Of a stretch of DNA of 27,655 nucleotides, positions 17,459-26,690 are shown in pieces; the first letter of the stretch is position 1; every line of letters begins with the position of its first letter. Below the pieces are notes generated by a model, which was given only the letters and a program-made list of their open reading frames with translations, did no database searches and had not been told where the DNA came from. A program made the position numbers and the translations under genes. Location: positions 1 to 27,655 of the forward strand of contig JANOQV010000099.1 of assembly GCA_031414955.1 (NCBI GenBank), given 5' to 3'. This DNA is from Pedosphaera sp. Its GTDB lineage: Bacteria; Verrucomicrobiota; Verrucomicrobiia; Limisphaerales; SIBH01.

Positions 17459-20400
17459 ATGAAACTCAATCTCTACACCCGGCTGTATCTCTGGCTCGTG
17501 GCGCACCGGCGCGGCGTGCTGACGGCGACGGCCCTGCTCATGGCGGGAGCGGCCTGGATGTCCTCGCGCATTGATCTCCAGGAGGACGTGCTCGACATGC
17601 TGCCGCGCCACGACGCGCAAGTGGACGAGTACCGTTACACCCTGCGCAAGTTCCGCCAAATCGACCGCGCCTATCTCGACGTAGGCGTGAATCGCGATGA
17701 TCCCGAAACGCTGGCCCGCGCCGCCGATGAAGTCTTCGCGCGCCTGTCCACAAACGAGAGCCTTCAACGCATCACCTATCGCATTGAGGTGGGCGGCACA
17801 GGCAAGGCCATAGAGTTGCTGACCACCGCGCTGCCGAATTTATTTTCCGAGGCCGACGCGCGCGAACTGGAGAAGAAGATCACGCCCGCCGAGGTGCGCG
17901 ACAACCTGACCGACATGCGCCGCAAGCTGGCCGGGCCGGAGGGCATGGTGTTGAAGGACGTGGTGGCCGCCGACCCGATCGGCATGACCGCGCTGGTCGC
18001 GGCCAAGGCGTTGCCGCTCCAGGCCGGTTTCGGCGGCGAACAGATCGTCGATGGCCGCATCACCAGCGCCGACGGCCGGCATGTGCTGATGCTGATCGAG
18101 CCGAAGTTCGGCTCGTCCGACGCCAAGGCCAGCGCGGTGCTGGTGCCTGATCTGTTGCGCGTCGTGGGGGAGGTGGAGAAACAATTTCCCGGCGTCCATG
18201 TCGCGATCACCGGCGGGCACCGGATGGCGGTGGACAATTCCACCATGATCCGCACCGACGCCACGCGGTGCATCTCCATCGGCTCGGCGGGGATGCTGGT
18301 GCTCTGCTGGGTGGCTTACCGCCGACGCTGGCTGGCGGTGCTTTCTTTTTTGCCGTCGCTCTTTGGCACGCTCATGGCCGGCGTGGTGCTGTCCTTGTGG
18401 CAGAACCAGCTCTCGGCCATCGCCACGGGCTTCGCCTCCATCGCCGTCGGCATCACGGTCGATTACGCCATTCACGTCATTTACCACCTCGACAACGCGG
18501 GCGGCTCGGACCATCGCGCCATTGGGCAGCACCTCAGCCGCCTGGTCTTTCCCATCGGCATCGGCGTCATCACGACCATCGCGGCCTTTCTTGTCATGCT
18601 CACTTCGCCCATGCACGGGTATCAACAGCTCGGCATTCTGGGCGCCATCGGCGTGGTCTTCTCGGCGTCCTTCGCGCTGCTGGTGCTGCCCCTGCTCGTG
18701 CCGGTGGCGAAGAAATCCGGCCAGCCGCCGCTCTGGCTGACGCGCTGGTGGGAAAGATATTTCCAGTGGGAAAAACGCCGCCGCCTCTGGCTGCTCCTGG
18801 GCGTGGTGGTGCTGACGGTGGTGACCGCGTTCGGGATCAAACGACTCCGCTTCGAAGGTGATGTGTCGAAGCTCAACGGCATCACCGACTCGACCCGGCG
18901 CGATGACGCGCTCATCCAGAAGTCTTGGGGTCACGCCCTCGGCTTCACCATGGTCGTGGCCCGGGGCGACACGCCGGACGCGGCCCTCGCACAGAACGAC
19001 CTCGTGGCCGCGAAACTGGCCGGGGAACCAAACGTGGCCGCGACCTACTCGCTCGCCTCCGTCTGTCCATCGTCCGAAACACAGCGCGCCAGTCTGAAAC
19101 GCTGGCGCGAATTCTGGACGGCGGAGCGGCGCGCGTCGTTGCGTGAGTCGCTGGACAAATCCGCCGCCGAACTGGGCTATCGCGCCGGCGCCTTCGCGAA
19201 ATTCTGGAACCTCATCGAGGGCGAACCCGCGCTGCTCACCCTCGATTCCTTTCGCGGCACCCCGTTTGAAAACGCCCTGGCCGAGCGCGTCGCTTCCGGC
19301 CCGGACGGCACGGCCATCAGCACGCTGGTGAAACTCAAGAACCGCGCGGAGGCGGCCCAACTGCGGACGACCCTGCCCGGCACCATCGTCCTCGACAGCC
19401 AGGGGCTGGCCACGCACATCGCCGGCCTGGCCAAGAGCGGACTGAAGGATTTTGCTTTCTGGACCGGCCTGTTCGTAGTCGGCCTGCTGTGCGTCAGCCT
19501 CGTCTCGGTGGAACTGGTGCTCATGACCATGGTGCCGCTGGCTTTTGGTTTGTTGTGGACCTTCGGATTGATGGGTTGGCTCGGGCTGCCCATCGACTTG
19601 ATGAACAGCATCTTCGTCATCTTCGTCATCGGCGTGGGCGAGGATTACGCGGTCTTCCTCGTGACGAGCAAGCTGGAGGAATGGCGCGGGCGGCCCGGCC
19701 ACACCGCCGTGAACAGCGCGTCAGTGCTGGTCTCGGCGCTGACCACGATCTTCGGCTTCGGCGTCATGGTGCTGGCCCAGCATCCGGTGCTCTTCTCGAT
19801 GGGCACGACGGTGCTGATCGGCATGGCCTTCGCCTTCCTCGCCACCCTGGTCCTCACCCCGCTGGGCATGAATCTGTTGCTCTTCAAAGACCCGCCACGC
19901 GGTGCGCCGAAATGGTGGCACCTGCTGGGCACACTCTGGGCCGGGCTGCACCTCGCCAGCGGCGAAGTCTTTCTCTACTGCGTGCTGCGACCGGCGCTCA
20001 AAGTCTTCACTCCGCGCACCGCCGACGACACCTTGCGCCGCGCCACCCGCTGGATGGCGCGCGGTCTGATCAAGGGATTGCCTTTCGGCAGATTGGAATA
20101 TCAGAACATCTCCGAGGAGACGTTCCGCAAACCTTCCATTGTGATCAGCAACCATCAATCCGCCGTGGACGTGATGCTGGTGGTGGGCCTGCCCGGCGAC
20201 ATCCGGCAGACGGCCAAGAAGCGCGTCTTCGACAACCCGATGCTCGGCCTTGGCTGCAAGCTGCTCGGCCATGTCATGGTGGAACCAAACGATCCCGAGA
20301 CCACGCTGCGCCGCTGCCGCGAGCGGCTGGCCTCGGGCGCGTCGGTGCATTTTTACCCCGAAGGCACGCGCTCGAAGGACGGCTTCGTGCAGCGCTTCCA

Positions 20401-21289
20401 TCGCGGTGCCTTCGAGTTGGCGGTGGAACTCAAGCAAGACATCCTGCCCGTCGTGCTCTGCGACACCGCCACCGCCATGCCGCGCGACGCCTACTGGTTC
20501 GAGCGCTACCACGCCACGGTCCGGGCGCTGCCCCGCATCACGCCCGCGACGTTTGATTACTCGCTCGGCAGCACCGCGTTGATGAAGCACTGCGAGGCCG
20601 TGGTGCGCGAGGGATTGCAACGCCAACTCGACGAGGTGAACACGCCGCGCGTGTTGCGCCGCAAAGTGGCGCGGCTCTATCGCTACCAGGGAGTTTACGT
20701 CGAGCAGTTCGTTCACTGGAAGATGAAGCTCGATCCGGTCTTCACCGCGCTGGAGCAGGCCGTGCCCCGGCACGGCTTCGTGCTCGATCTGGGCTGCGGC
20801 TACGGATTGGCCACGCACTGGCTGGCGCAGGGCACCGACCAGCGCACGTTCCTCGGCGTGGACTACGACGAAGATAAAATCCGCGTCGCGAAGCGCTCCG
20901 CACCGGGCCATGAACGCGTGAGCTTCGAACTGCGCGACATCCTCGAATGGGAATATCCGCCCTGCGACACCGTGCTGCTGTTCGACGTGCTGCACTACTG
21001 GACGCCCGACAAGCAGCAGTTGATCCTCGAGAAAATTCACCGTGCCCTGCGCCCCGGTGGACGGCTGGTCCTGCGCGATGCGGCGCGCGCGGAAGACGCC
21101 GCGCACGGACGCGTCGAATGGTGGGAGAAGTTCGCCACGCGCTTCGGCATGAACAAGACGAAGGAGGGCCTGCACTTCCGCACGCTGGCCGAGACCGAAG
21201 CGGCGCTGAAGCTCGCCGGCTTCGCGCGCTGGGAGATCAAGCGCGGGGCAGGACGGGACTCAAATGTTCTGCTCGTGGCGACGGCCTGA
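17459..21289 (+). CDS. Trifunctional MMPL/RND-like transporter - PlsC-type acyltransferase - class I SAM methyltransferase
   Basis: Two MMPL halves (GITVDYAIH; GVGEDYAVF), NHQSAVD and YPEGTRS acyltransferase motifs, and VLDLGCGYG ... LRPGGRLVL. ATG 17459 is preferred. Confidence 0.9.
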   Translation: MKLNLYTRLYLWLVAHRRGVLTATALLMAGAAWMSSRIDLQEDVLDMLPRHDAQVDEYRYTLRKFRQIDRAYLDVGVNRDDPETLARAADEVFARLSTNESLQRITYRIEVGGTGKAIELLTTALPNLFSEADARELEKKITPAEVRDNLTDMRRKLAGPEGMVLKDVVAADPIGMTALVAAKALPLQAGFGGEQIVDGRITSADGRHVLMLIEPKFGSSDAKASAVLVPDLLRVVGEVEKQFPGVHVAITGGHRMAVDNSTMIRTDATRCISIGSAGMLVLCWVAYRRRWLAVLSFLPSLFGTLMAGVVLSLWQNQLSAIATGFASIAVGITVDYAIHVIYHLDNAGGSDHRAIGQHLSRLVFPIGIGVITTIAAFLVMLTSPMHGYQQLGILGAIGVVFSASFALLVLPLLVPVAKKSGQPPLWLTRWWERYFQWEKRRRLWLLLGVVVLTVVTAFGIKRLRFEGDVSKLNGITDSTRRDDALIQKSWGHALGFTMVVARGDTPDAALAQNDLVAAKLAGEPNVAATYSLASVCPSSETQRASLKRWREFWTAERRASLRESLDKSAAELGYRAGAFAKFWNLIEGEPALLTLDSFRGTPFENALAERVASGPDGTAISTLVKLKNRAEAAQLRTTLPGTIVLDSQGLATHIAGLAKSGLKDFAFWTGLFVVGLLCVSLVSVELVLMTMVPLAFGLLWTFGLMGWLGLPIDLMNSIFVIFVIGVGEDYAVFLVTSKLEEWRGRPGHTAVNSASVLVSALTTIFGFGVMVLAQHPVLFSMGTTVLIGMAFAFLATLVLTPLGMNLLLFKDPPRGAPKWWHLLGTLWAGLHLASGEVFLYCVLRPALKVFTPRTADDTLRRATRWMARGLIKGLPFGRLEYQNISEETFRKPSIVISNHQSAVDVMLVVGLPGDIRQTAKKRVFDNPMLGLGCKLLGHVMVEPNDPETTLRRCRERLASGASVHFYPEGTRSKDGFVQRFHRGAFELAVELKQDILPVVLCDTATAMPRDAYWFERYHATVRALPRITPATFDYSLGSTALMKHCEAVVREGLQRQLDEVNTPRVLRRKVARLYRYQGVYVEQFVHWKMKLDPVFTALEQAVPRHGFVLDLGCGYGLATHWLAQGTDQRTFLGVDYDEDKIRVAKRSAPGHERVSFELRDILEWEYPPCDTVLLFDVLHYWTPDKQQLILEKIHRALRPGGRLVLRDAARAEDAAHGRVEWWEKFATRFGMNKTKEGLHFRTLAETEAALKLAGFARWEIKRGAGRDSNVLLVATA

Positions 21290-21456
21290 GGTCGGTGGCG
21301 CCCCGCTGGATCGCGGATTTCCCATCCGTATCGGCCTCCAATCGCGGGTTCGGTTCAGGGCAAACTGCCCCCACCTCGAGCTGTGCCGGCCAATCTCGCC
21401 GCCGAGATTGTCGCTCGCCAAAATATATTCCGCCTGCCAGCGTCCAAATCACGCAC

Positions 21457-24048
21457 ATGAAACCCATACACTTGCTTTGCTCCGTGGTTGGCTCGCTCGC
21501 GGTGGCCCTGTTCGCGGCGGAACCGCCCGCACCTCTCAAGCCGCTCGGGGCCAACGGCCAACCGCTCAACCTCGATTTCGAGTCCGGCACGCTCCAAGAT
21601 TGGACCGCCACCGGCGACGCCTTCGACCAGCAGCCCACCAAGGGCGACACCGTCTCGGCGCGGCGCGGCGACATGAAGAGCGGGCACCAGGGCCAGCACT
21701 GGCTGGGCGGCTTCGAGGCGAAGGGCGATGCCGGCACCGGCACGCTCACCTCCGCTTCGTTCAAGGTCACGCAACCGTGGGCGAGTTTCCTCCTGGCGGG
21801 CGGTTCCACGGACAAGTCGCGCGTCGAGGTCGTGCTCAAGAATGCCGCCAAGGATCTGGTCATCTTCAAAATCTCCGGCGTCGAGTCCGAGACGCTCAAG
21901 CGCGCCGTGGTGGATTTGCAGCCGCATCAAGGGAAGGAAATCTTCGTCCGCGTGTTTGATGAAGGAAAGGCCGCCTGGCAGCACGTCAACTTCGATGACT
22001 TTGTCTTCCATGCCGCCAAGCCGCAGTTCGCCGCCGCGCAACTGGCTAAGGTCGCCGCGCCGCTGCCGACCGACGACGTGAAGTTCTCCGGTGTCTCCGC
22101 GGCCCAGGCCGCGCAGGAATTCACTGTGCCCCAGGGTTTCAAGGCCACGCTCTTCGCTGGCGAGCCGGACATCATTCAACCCATCGCCTTTTGCATCGAT
22201 GATCGCGGGCGGCTCTGGGTCGCGGAAGGCATGACCTATCCCAAGCGCAAGGGCGCCCCGCCCTCTCCCATCGCCGCCGATGGCAAGCCCACCCCGGAGC
22301 AACTCGCCGACATCTACGGCAGCAACGACCGCATCCTCGTGCTCGAAGACACGGACGGTGACGGCAAGTTCGACCAGCGCACCGTGTTCCTGGACAAGCT
22401 CAACCTCGTCAGCGGCCTGGAAGTCGGCTTCGGCGGAGTTTACATCGGCGCCGCGCCTTACCTGATGTTCGTTCCGGTGAAGAACTGGGACCATCCCGCA
22501 CCCGCGGGCGACCCGCAGATTCTGCTTGATGGCTGGGATTATACCCGCGACTCACACGAGACGCTCAACACCTTCAAGTGGGGGCCGGACGGCTGGCTTT
22601 ACGGATGTCACGGCGTCTTCTGTCCCTCGAATGTCGGCCAGCCCGGCACGCCCAAGGCCGAGCGCCAATGGGTCGATGCCGCCGTCTGGCGCTTTCATCC
22701 CACCAAGAAACAGTTCGAGGTGTTTGCCGAAGGCACGAGCAATCCGTGGGGCGTGGACTTCGACGAGAACGGCCAGTGCTTCATCGAGGCGTGCGTCATT
22801 CCGCATCTCTTCCACATGATTCAAGGCGGCAAATATCAGCGGCAGGGCGGCTCTCATTACGCGGCCAACGCCGACGAGACGAGACGCTTCGCCGCGAACA
22901 AGGAGGGCAAGTCCGATAAGACGCTCAACCCTTTTGTCTATGACGACATCAAGACCATTGCCGACCACCGCCATTACCTCGGCGACAAGGGTCCGCACGC
23001 GGCCAACGGCAAGAGCGACGCGGCGGGCGGCGGTCACGCGCACGCCGGACTGCTCGTCTATCAGGGCGACAGCTTCCCGGCGGAATATCGCGGCCAGCTC
23101 TTCATGAACAACATCCACGGCCAGCGCATCAACATGGACAAACCCGTGCGCACCGGCAGCGGCTTCGTGGGCAAGCACGGCTCCGATTTCATCAACTTCA
23201 ACGACAAGTGGTCGCAAGTGCTCGATCTGCGCACGGGACCGGACGGCTCGGTCTTCATGATCGACTGGTATGACAAGAACCAGTGCCACCACAACGACGT
23301 GAACGGGCATGACCGGAGCAATGGGAGAATCTTCAAGATCAGTTATGGCGATGCAAAACGGAAAGTGGATTTAGCCAAATCCACGGATGAGCAACTCATT
23401 GCTTGCCTCAAACTGAAGAACTCCTGGCACGCCCAACATGCCCAAAGAATCCTGACCGAGCGGGTCTGGGCCATCTCCGGAGCCAACAGCGCGCTGGGAA
23501 CGGGTGCTGAAAAAGTGCAAAGCACCTTGGACGGTTTCGGCAAAGCCTCCGACATTCGCCGACCCGGACTCATCATTTCGCGATTGGAAGAACTCAGCGC
23601 CAAAGGAAGCACCACGGCGGAACGCCTGCGAGGTCTGTGGACCCTTCACTCCGTAGGAGGATTCACGGAAGACATCGCGAAGAAGAATTTTAAGGAAGCA
23701 GACGAATACATCCGCGCCTGGGCCATCCAACTCGCCTCCGAAACGAAGCCCTCGGACACTCTGCTCAAGGAATTCGCCCGCCTGGCTCGCGAAGACAAGT
23801 CGCCGGTGGTGCGCCTTTACCTCGCTTCCGCGCTCCAGCGTTTGCCGGTCGCGCAACGTGGGGACATTCTCGAGGGTCTGCTCGCCCATGCCGAGGACGC
23901 CAAGGACCACAATCTGCCCCTGATGTATTGGTATGCCGCCGAGCCGGTGGCCGGACAAAGCGTGACCGCCGCCGCCAAGCTCCTGGCCAAGACCAAGATT
24001 CCCCAGGTCCGAGAATACATCACCCGCCGCATGACCGAGGGGAAGTGA
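21457..24048 (+). CDS. PVC-type membrane-bound dehydrogenase-domain (beta-propeller) protein with N-terminal carbohydrate-binding-like domain and HEAT repeats; no CxxCH
   Basis: Signal peptide at ATG 21457, 'GFKATLFAGEPDIIQPIAFCIDDRGRLWVAE', DTDGDGKFD, WGPDGWLYG, NPWGVDFD, GPDGSVFMIDWYD and a HEAT-like C-terminus. Confidence 0.85.
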   Translation: MKPIHLLCSVVGSLAVALFAAEPPAPLKPLGANGQPLNLDFESGTLQDWTATGDAFDQQPTKGDTVSARRGDMKSGHQGQHWLGGFEAKGDAGTGTLTSASFKVTQPWASFLLAGGSTDKSRVEVVLKNAAKDLVIFKISGVESETLKRAVVDLQPHQGKEIFVRVFDEGKAAWQHVNFDDFVFHAAKPQFAAAQLAKVAAPLPTDDVKFSGVSAAQAAQEFTVPQGFKATLFAGEPDIIQPIAFCIDDRGRLWVAEGMTYPKRKGAPPSPIAADGKPTPEQLADIYGSNDRILVLEDTDGDGKFDQRTVFLDKLNLVSGLEVGFGGVYIGAAPYLMFVPVKNWDHPAPAGDPQILLDGWDYTRDSHETLNTFKWGPDGWLYGCHGVFCPSNVGQPGTPKAERQWVDAAVWRFHPTKKQFEVFAEGTSNPWGVDFDENGQCFIEACVIPHLFHMIQGGKYQRQGGSHYAANADETRRFAANKEGKSDKTLNPFVYDDIKTIADHRHYLGDKGPHAANGKSDAAGGGHAHAGLLVYQGDSFPAEYRGQLFMNNIHGQRINMDKPVRTGSGFVGKHGSDFINFNDKWSQVLDLRTGPDGSVFMIDWYDKNQCHHNDVNGHDRSNGRIFKISYGDAKRKVDLAKSTDEQLIACLKLKNSWHAQHAQRILTERVWAISGANSALGTGAEKVQSTLDGFGKASDIRRPGLIISRLEELSAKGSTTAERLRGLWTLHSVGGFTEDIAKKNFKEADEYIRAWAIQLASETKPSDTLLKEFARLAREDKSPVVRLYLASALQRLPVAQRGDILEGLLAHAEDAKDHNLPLMYWYAAEPVAGQSVTAAAKLLAKTKIPQVREYITRRMTEGK

Positions 24049-24151
24049 GCTGTTCACATGCCCGGCACCTCGCCGGGTTGGAGTCTGGGATTGAATTCGG
24101 GCCGACCCCCGCTCCATCGGGAGCGCGCCCGGGCACGTTCGGCAGCCAAGG

Positions 24152-24979
24152 CTAAACCAACTTTACTTCGATGAACTCGCGCTCGACGCGGCCCTCCTTG
24201 GCCCGGCAGAGGAAGTAGCCCTTCTCCGTCGTCTTGTCGTGATTGCCGCGCGCGATGGAGCAGCACTTGTTCGTGGTGAACACCGTCTCGCCCACCTTCT
24301 TCTCGGTGAACCCGTGGAAGTGACCGTTGAACACGGCCACAAGATTGAAATCTTTGAATCGCTCCAGCATCACGTCGGTGTTCAACGGACGGTAGGTGGT
24401 GCCCGGCCCGAGCGGGAAATGAGTGAACAGAATGGTTGGCAACTTCGGGTCGAGCTTTCTGGCCTGGGCATCGAGCCATGAGAGCGTCGCGGGCTGAATG
24501 CTGGTGCCCTGATACTTCAAGCCATCGCTCGAATCGAGCGCCACAAACTGCCAGCCGCGATGCTGGAAATGATAATTCAGGGAACCGGGAAACAATTCAT
24601 CCCACGGCGTGCGATCCGTCTGCGCGGCGTAATCATGATTCCCGATCACCACATGGAACGGCAGGCCCAGGCCGCGCAACACATCCCGCATCCCGCCCAG
24701 TTCTGCCGCCGTCCCCTTTTCCGCCAGGTCGCCCACCATCAGGCAAAGCTCGGGCTTGGGCGTGTGCGCGCGAATGCTGGCCGTGACGCGCCCGAACCAT
24801 TCCGGACACTTGGGACTGGAGTAATGCGTGTCGTTGATTTCGATGAACGTGAACTCGCCGCCGCGGCCGTTGCCGGCAAAGCGCGCGCATCCAGGCCACA
24901 GGCCCAGCGCCAGCGTGGCCGCGGCGGAAGTCCGAATCCATTCACGGCGGGATGTGCGTGGAGCGGTGATGATGTTCAT
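24152..24979 (-). CDS. Calcineurin-like metallophosphoesterase with Tat signal
   Basis: SRREWI twin-arginine leader; DTH, GDL, GNHD, THFP and GHFH motifs. Confidence 0.9.
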   Translation of the reverse strand: MNIITAPRTSRREWIRTSAAATLALGLWPGCARFAGNGRGGEFTFIEINDTHYSSPKCPEWFGRVTASIRAHTPKPELCLMVGDLAEKGTAAELGGMRDVLRGLGLPFHVVIGNHDYAAQTDRTPWDELFPGSLNYHFQHRGWQFVALDSSDGLKYQGTSIQPATLSWLDAQARKLDPKLPTILFTHFPLGPGTTYRPLNTDVMLERFKDFNLVAVFNGHFHGFTEKKVGETVFTTNKCCSIARGNHDKTTEKGYFLCRAKEGRVEREFIEVKLV

Positions 24980-24985
24980 GCGGGA

Positions 24986-25020
24986 AATCCTCAATCCTCA
25001 ATCTCCAATCTTCAATCCTC
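24986..25020. repeat. Heptamer tandem repeat (aatcctc)x5, degenerate
   Basis: aatcctc aatcctc aatctcc aatcttc aatcctc directly upstream of the phosphoesterase start. Confidence 0.8.
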
Positions 25021-25033
25021 AATTGGCTGTTTG

Positions 25034-25173
25034 CGGAGCGCGACGCACCGACGTCGCGTCAGACCTGGTCAGCACGGTTGCTGGTCGGTTGGAGGAATCG
25101 CTTCCGCACCTGCCTGCTTTGAAGCTCTCCAACTCCATCGAGTTGGTGCGCGACGTCGGTGCGTCGCGCTCCG
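25034..25173. repeat. REPIN-like element: perfect 25-bp inverted repeat with 90-bp spacer
   Basis: cggagcgcgacgcaccgacgtcgcg (25034-25058) and its exact reverse complement (25149-25173); GGAG foot followed by the internal palindrome gcgacg...cgtcgc. Confidence 0.85.
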
Positions 25174-25180
25174 ACGCTCC

Positions 25181-26320
25181 TCAGGCTCCCGCTAGCTCCC
25201 GCTCCGTCTTGAGCCGCAACTGCCCGCAGGCCGCGTCAATGTCGTGCCCCTTCTCGCGGCGCAACGTGGCCGTGACCTCCAGCTTCTCCAGCGCGGCGAG
25301 GAACTTCTCCTGCACTTCCTCGCTCGGACGTGTCCAGGGCAGACCTTCCACCTTGTTGTAGGGAATCAGATTCACCTTGGCGTTGAGCTTCCTCGCGAGC
25401 TGGGCCAGCGGCTTGGTTTGCACCAGCGCGTCGTTCACACCTTCGATGAGGATGTATTCGAGCGTGATGATCTTGCCCTTGCGCTTCTGGTAATACTCGC
25501 AGGCGTCCGTCAGCTCCTTGAGCGGGAACTTGCGGTTCACCGGCATGATCTTCTCGCGCACGGCATCCGTGGCGCCGTGCAACGAGATGGCGAGGCGGAA
25601 TTGCAGTGGATCATCGGCCAGTTGGCGGATCTTCGGCGCGAGGCCGCTCGTCGAGATCGTGATCTTCCGCGCGCCGATTCCGTAACCCCACGGCGCGTTC
25701 AGGATGCGCAGCGCCTTCATCAGGGCCTCGTAGTTCGCCAGCGGCTCACCCATGCCCATGATGACCAGATTGTCGATGAAACGATCCGCAGCCTTGGGCT
25801 GCAGGTCGGTGGGGGCGGGTTCAGACCCTGGACTTTGAACCTTGGACTTTGGGCTTTCATCCGCGTTCCAGCGCTCCACCGCGAGAATCTGATCCACAAT
25901 CTCTTCCACGCCGAGGTTGCGTTTCCACCCATCCATTCCGCTCGCGCAGAACTTGCAACCGTAGGCACAGCCGACCTGCGTGGAGACGCAGAGCGTGTGG
26001 CGATCCGCGCGCTCGCCGTAGAGATCGGGATTGGCCGGGATCAACACGCTCTCGACGAACGAGCCATCGTGCAGCTTCCAGAGAAATTTCTGCGTGGTGT
26101 CGCGTGCGCCCTGCTTACGGGCCAGTTCCAGCGCCGTGAGGGAAAACTCTGCGCGCAATTTCTCGCGCAAGGCCTTGGGCAGGTTCGTCATGGCGTCCCA
26201 GGTCGCGACGCGACGCTGGTAAAGCCAGCCCAGCACCTGATCGATGCGATAAGCCGGCTCGCCCCAGGCGGCAAAGCGGACCGCCAGTTCCTCGCGCGTC
26301 AGTGATTTGATGTCCGTCAC
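25181..26320 (-). CDS. rlmN: Dual-specificity 23S rRNA/tRNA m2A methyltransferase RlmN
   Basis: TLCVSTQVGCAYGCKFC radical-SAM motif, MGMGEP, LAISLHG, VNLIPYN, IDAACGQL; GTG start. Confidence 0.96.
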   Translation of the reverse strand: MTDIKSLTREELAVRFAAWGEPAYRIDQVLGWLYQRRVATWDAMTNLPKALREKLRAEFSLTALELARKQGARDTTQKFLWKLHDGSFVESVLIPANPDLYGERADRHTLCVSTQVGCAYGCKFCASGMDGWKRNLGVEEIVDQILAVERWNADESPKSKVQSPGSEPAPTDLQPKAADRFIDNLVIMGMGEPLANYEALMKALRILNAPWGYGIGARKITISTSGLAPKIRQLADDPLQFRLAISLHGATDAVREKIMPVNRKFPLKELTDACEYYQKRKGKIITLEYILIEGVNDALVQTKPLAQLARKLNAKVNLIPYNKVEGLPWTRPSEEVQEKFLAALEKLEVTATLRREKGHDIDAACGQLRLKTERELAGA

Positions 26321-26404
26321 CCGCCGAATCTAGGGCAATCAAACCTGAACTAAAGGATGGATTCGTCTGCGACCGTGACGGGGAACGTATCTCCGCAATT
26401 CGTC

Positions 26405-26664
26405 AGCGCCGGAGGCGCGGAAGAGAGTAGCCCACGGCTCACGCCATTGGTATCTACACAAGTCAGGAAGTGTCCGATTTCATTGATCTTTCTCCCTCGC
26501 CCCCTGACGCAGGAAGGAGGAGAGGGCCGGGGAGAGGAGGCCTGTTTTGCTGGGGATTTCCCTCTCCCTGACCCTCTCCCCACTCCTGCGTCGTGGGGAG
26601 AGGGGACTTGTGTAGATACCAATGGCTTGCGCCGCGGGCTACTCTCTCACGCACCTCCGGTGCT
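26405..26664. repeat. Nested composite palindrome (outer REP pair, 22-bp perfect IR, inner ccctctccc/gggagaggg pair)
   Basis: Outer arms 26405-26438 and 26631-26664 (29/34); middle arms 26443-26464 and 26605-26626 (22/22); inner purine/pyrimidine-skewed units at ~26491-26540 and ~26560-26606. Confidence 0.85.
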
Positions 26665-26690
26665 AAAGCCATCCAGGCCACGACCCGCAA

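Noticed and set aside
20947..21456. 170-aa N-terminal extension of the dehydrogenase ORF
   Set aside because: It overlaps the MMPL gene and is low-quality sequence; the signal peptide begins at ATG 21457.
24059..24140. Palindrome or terminator between convergent genes
   Set aside because: The arms (tgcccgg.../...ccgggca) pair only loosely and there is no U-tract; possibly a decayed REP but not supportable.
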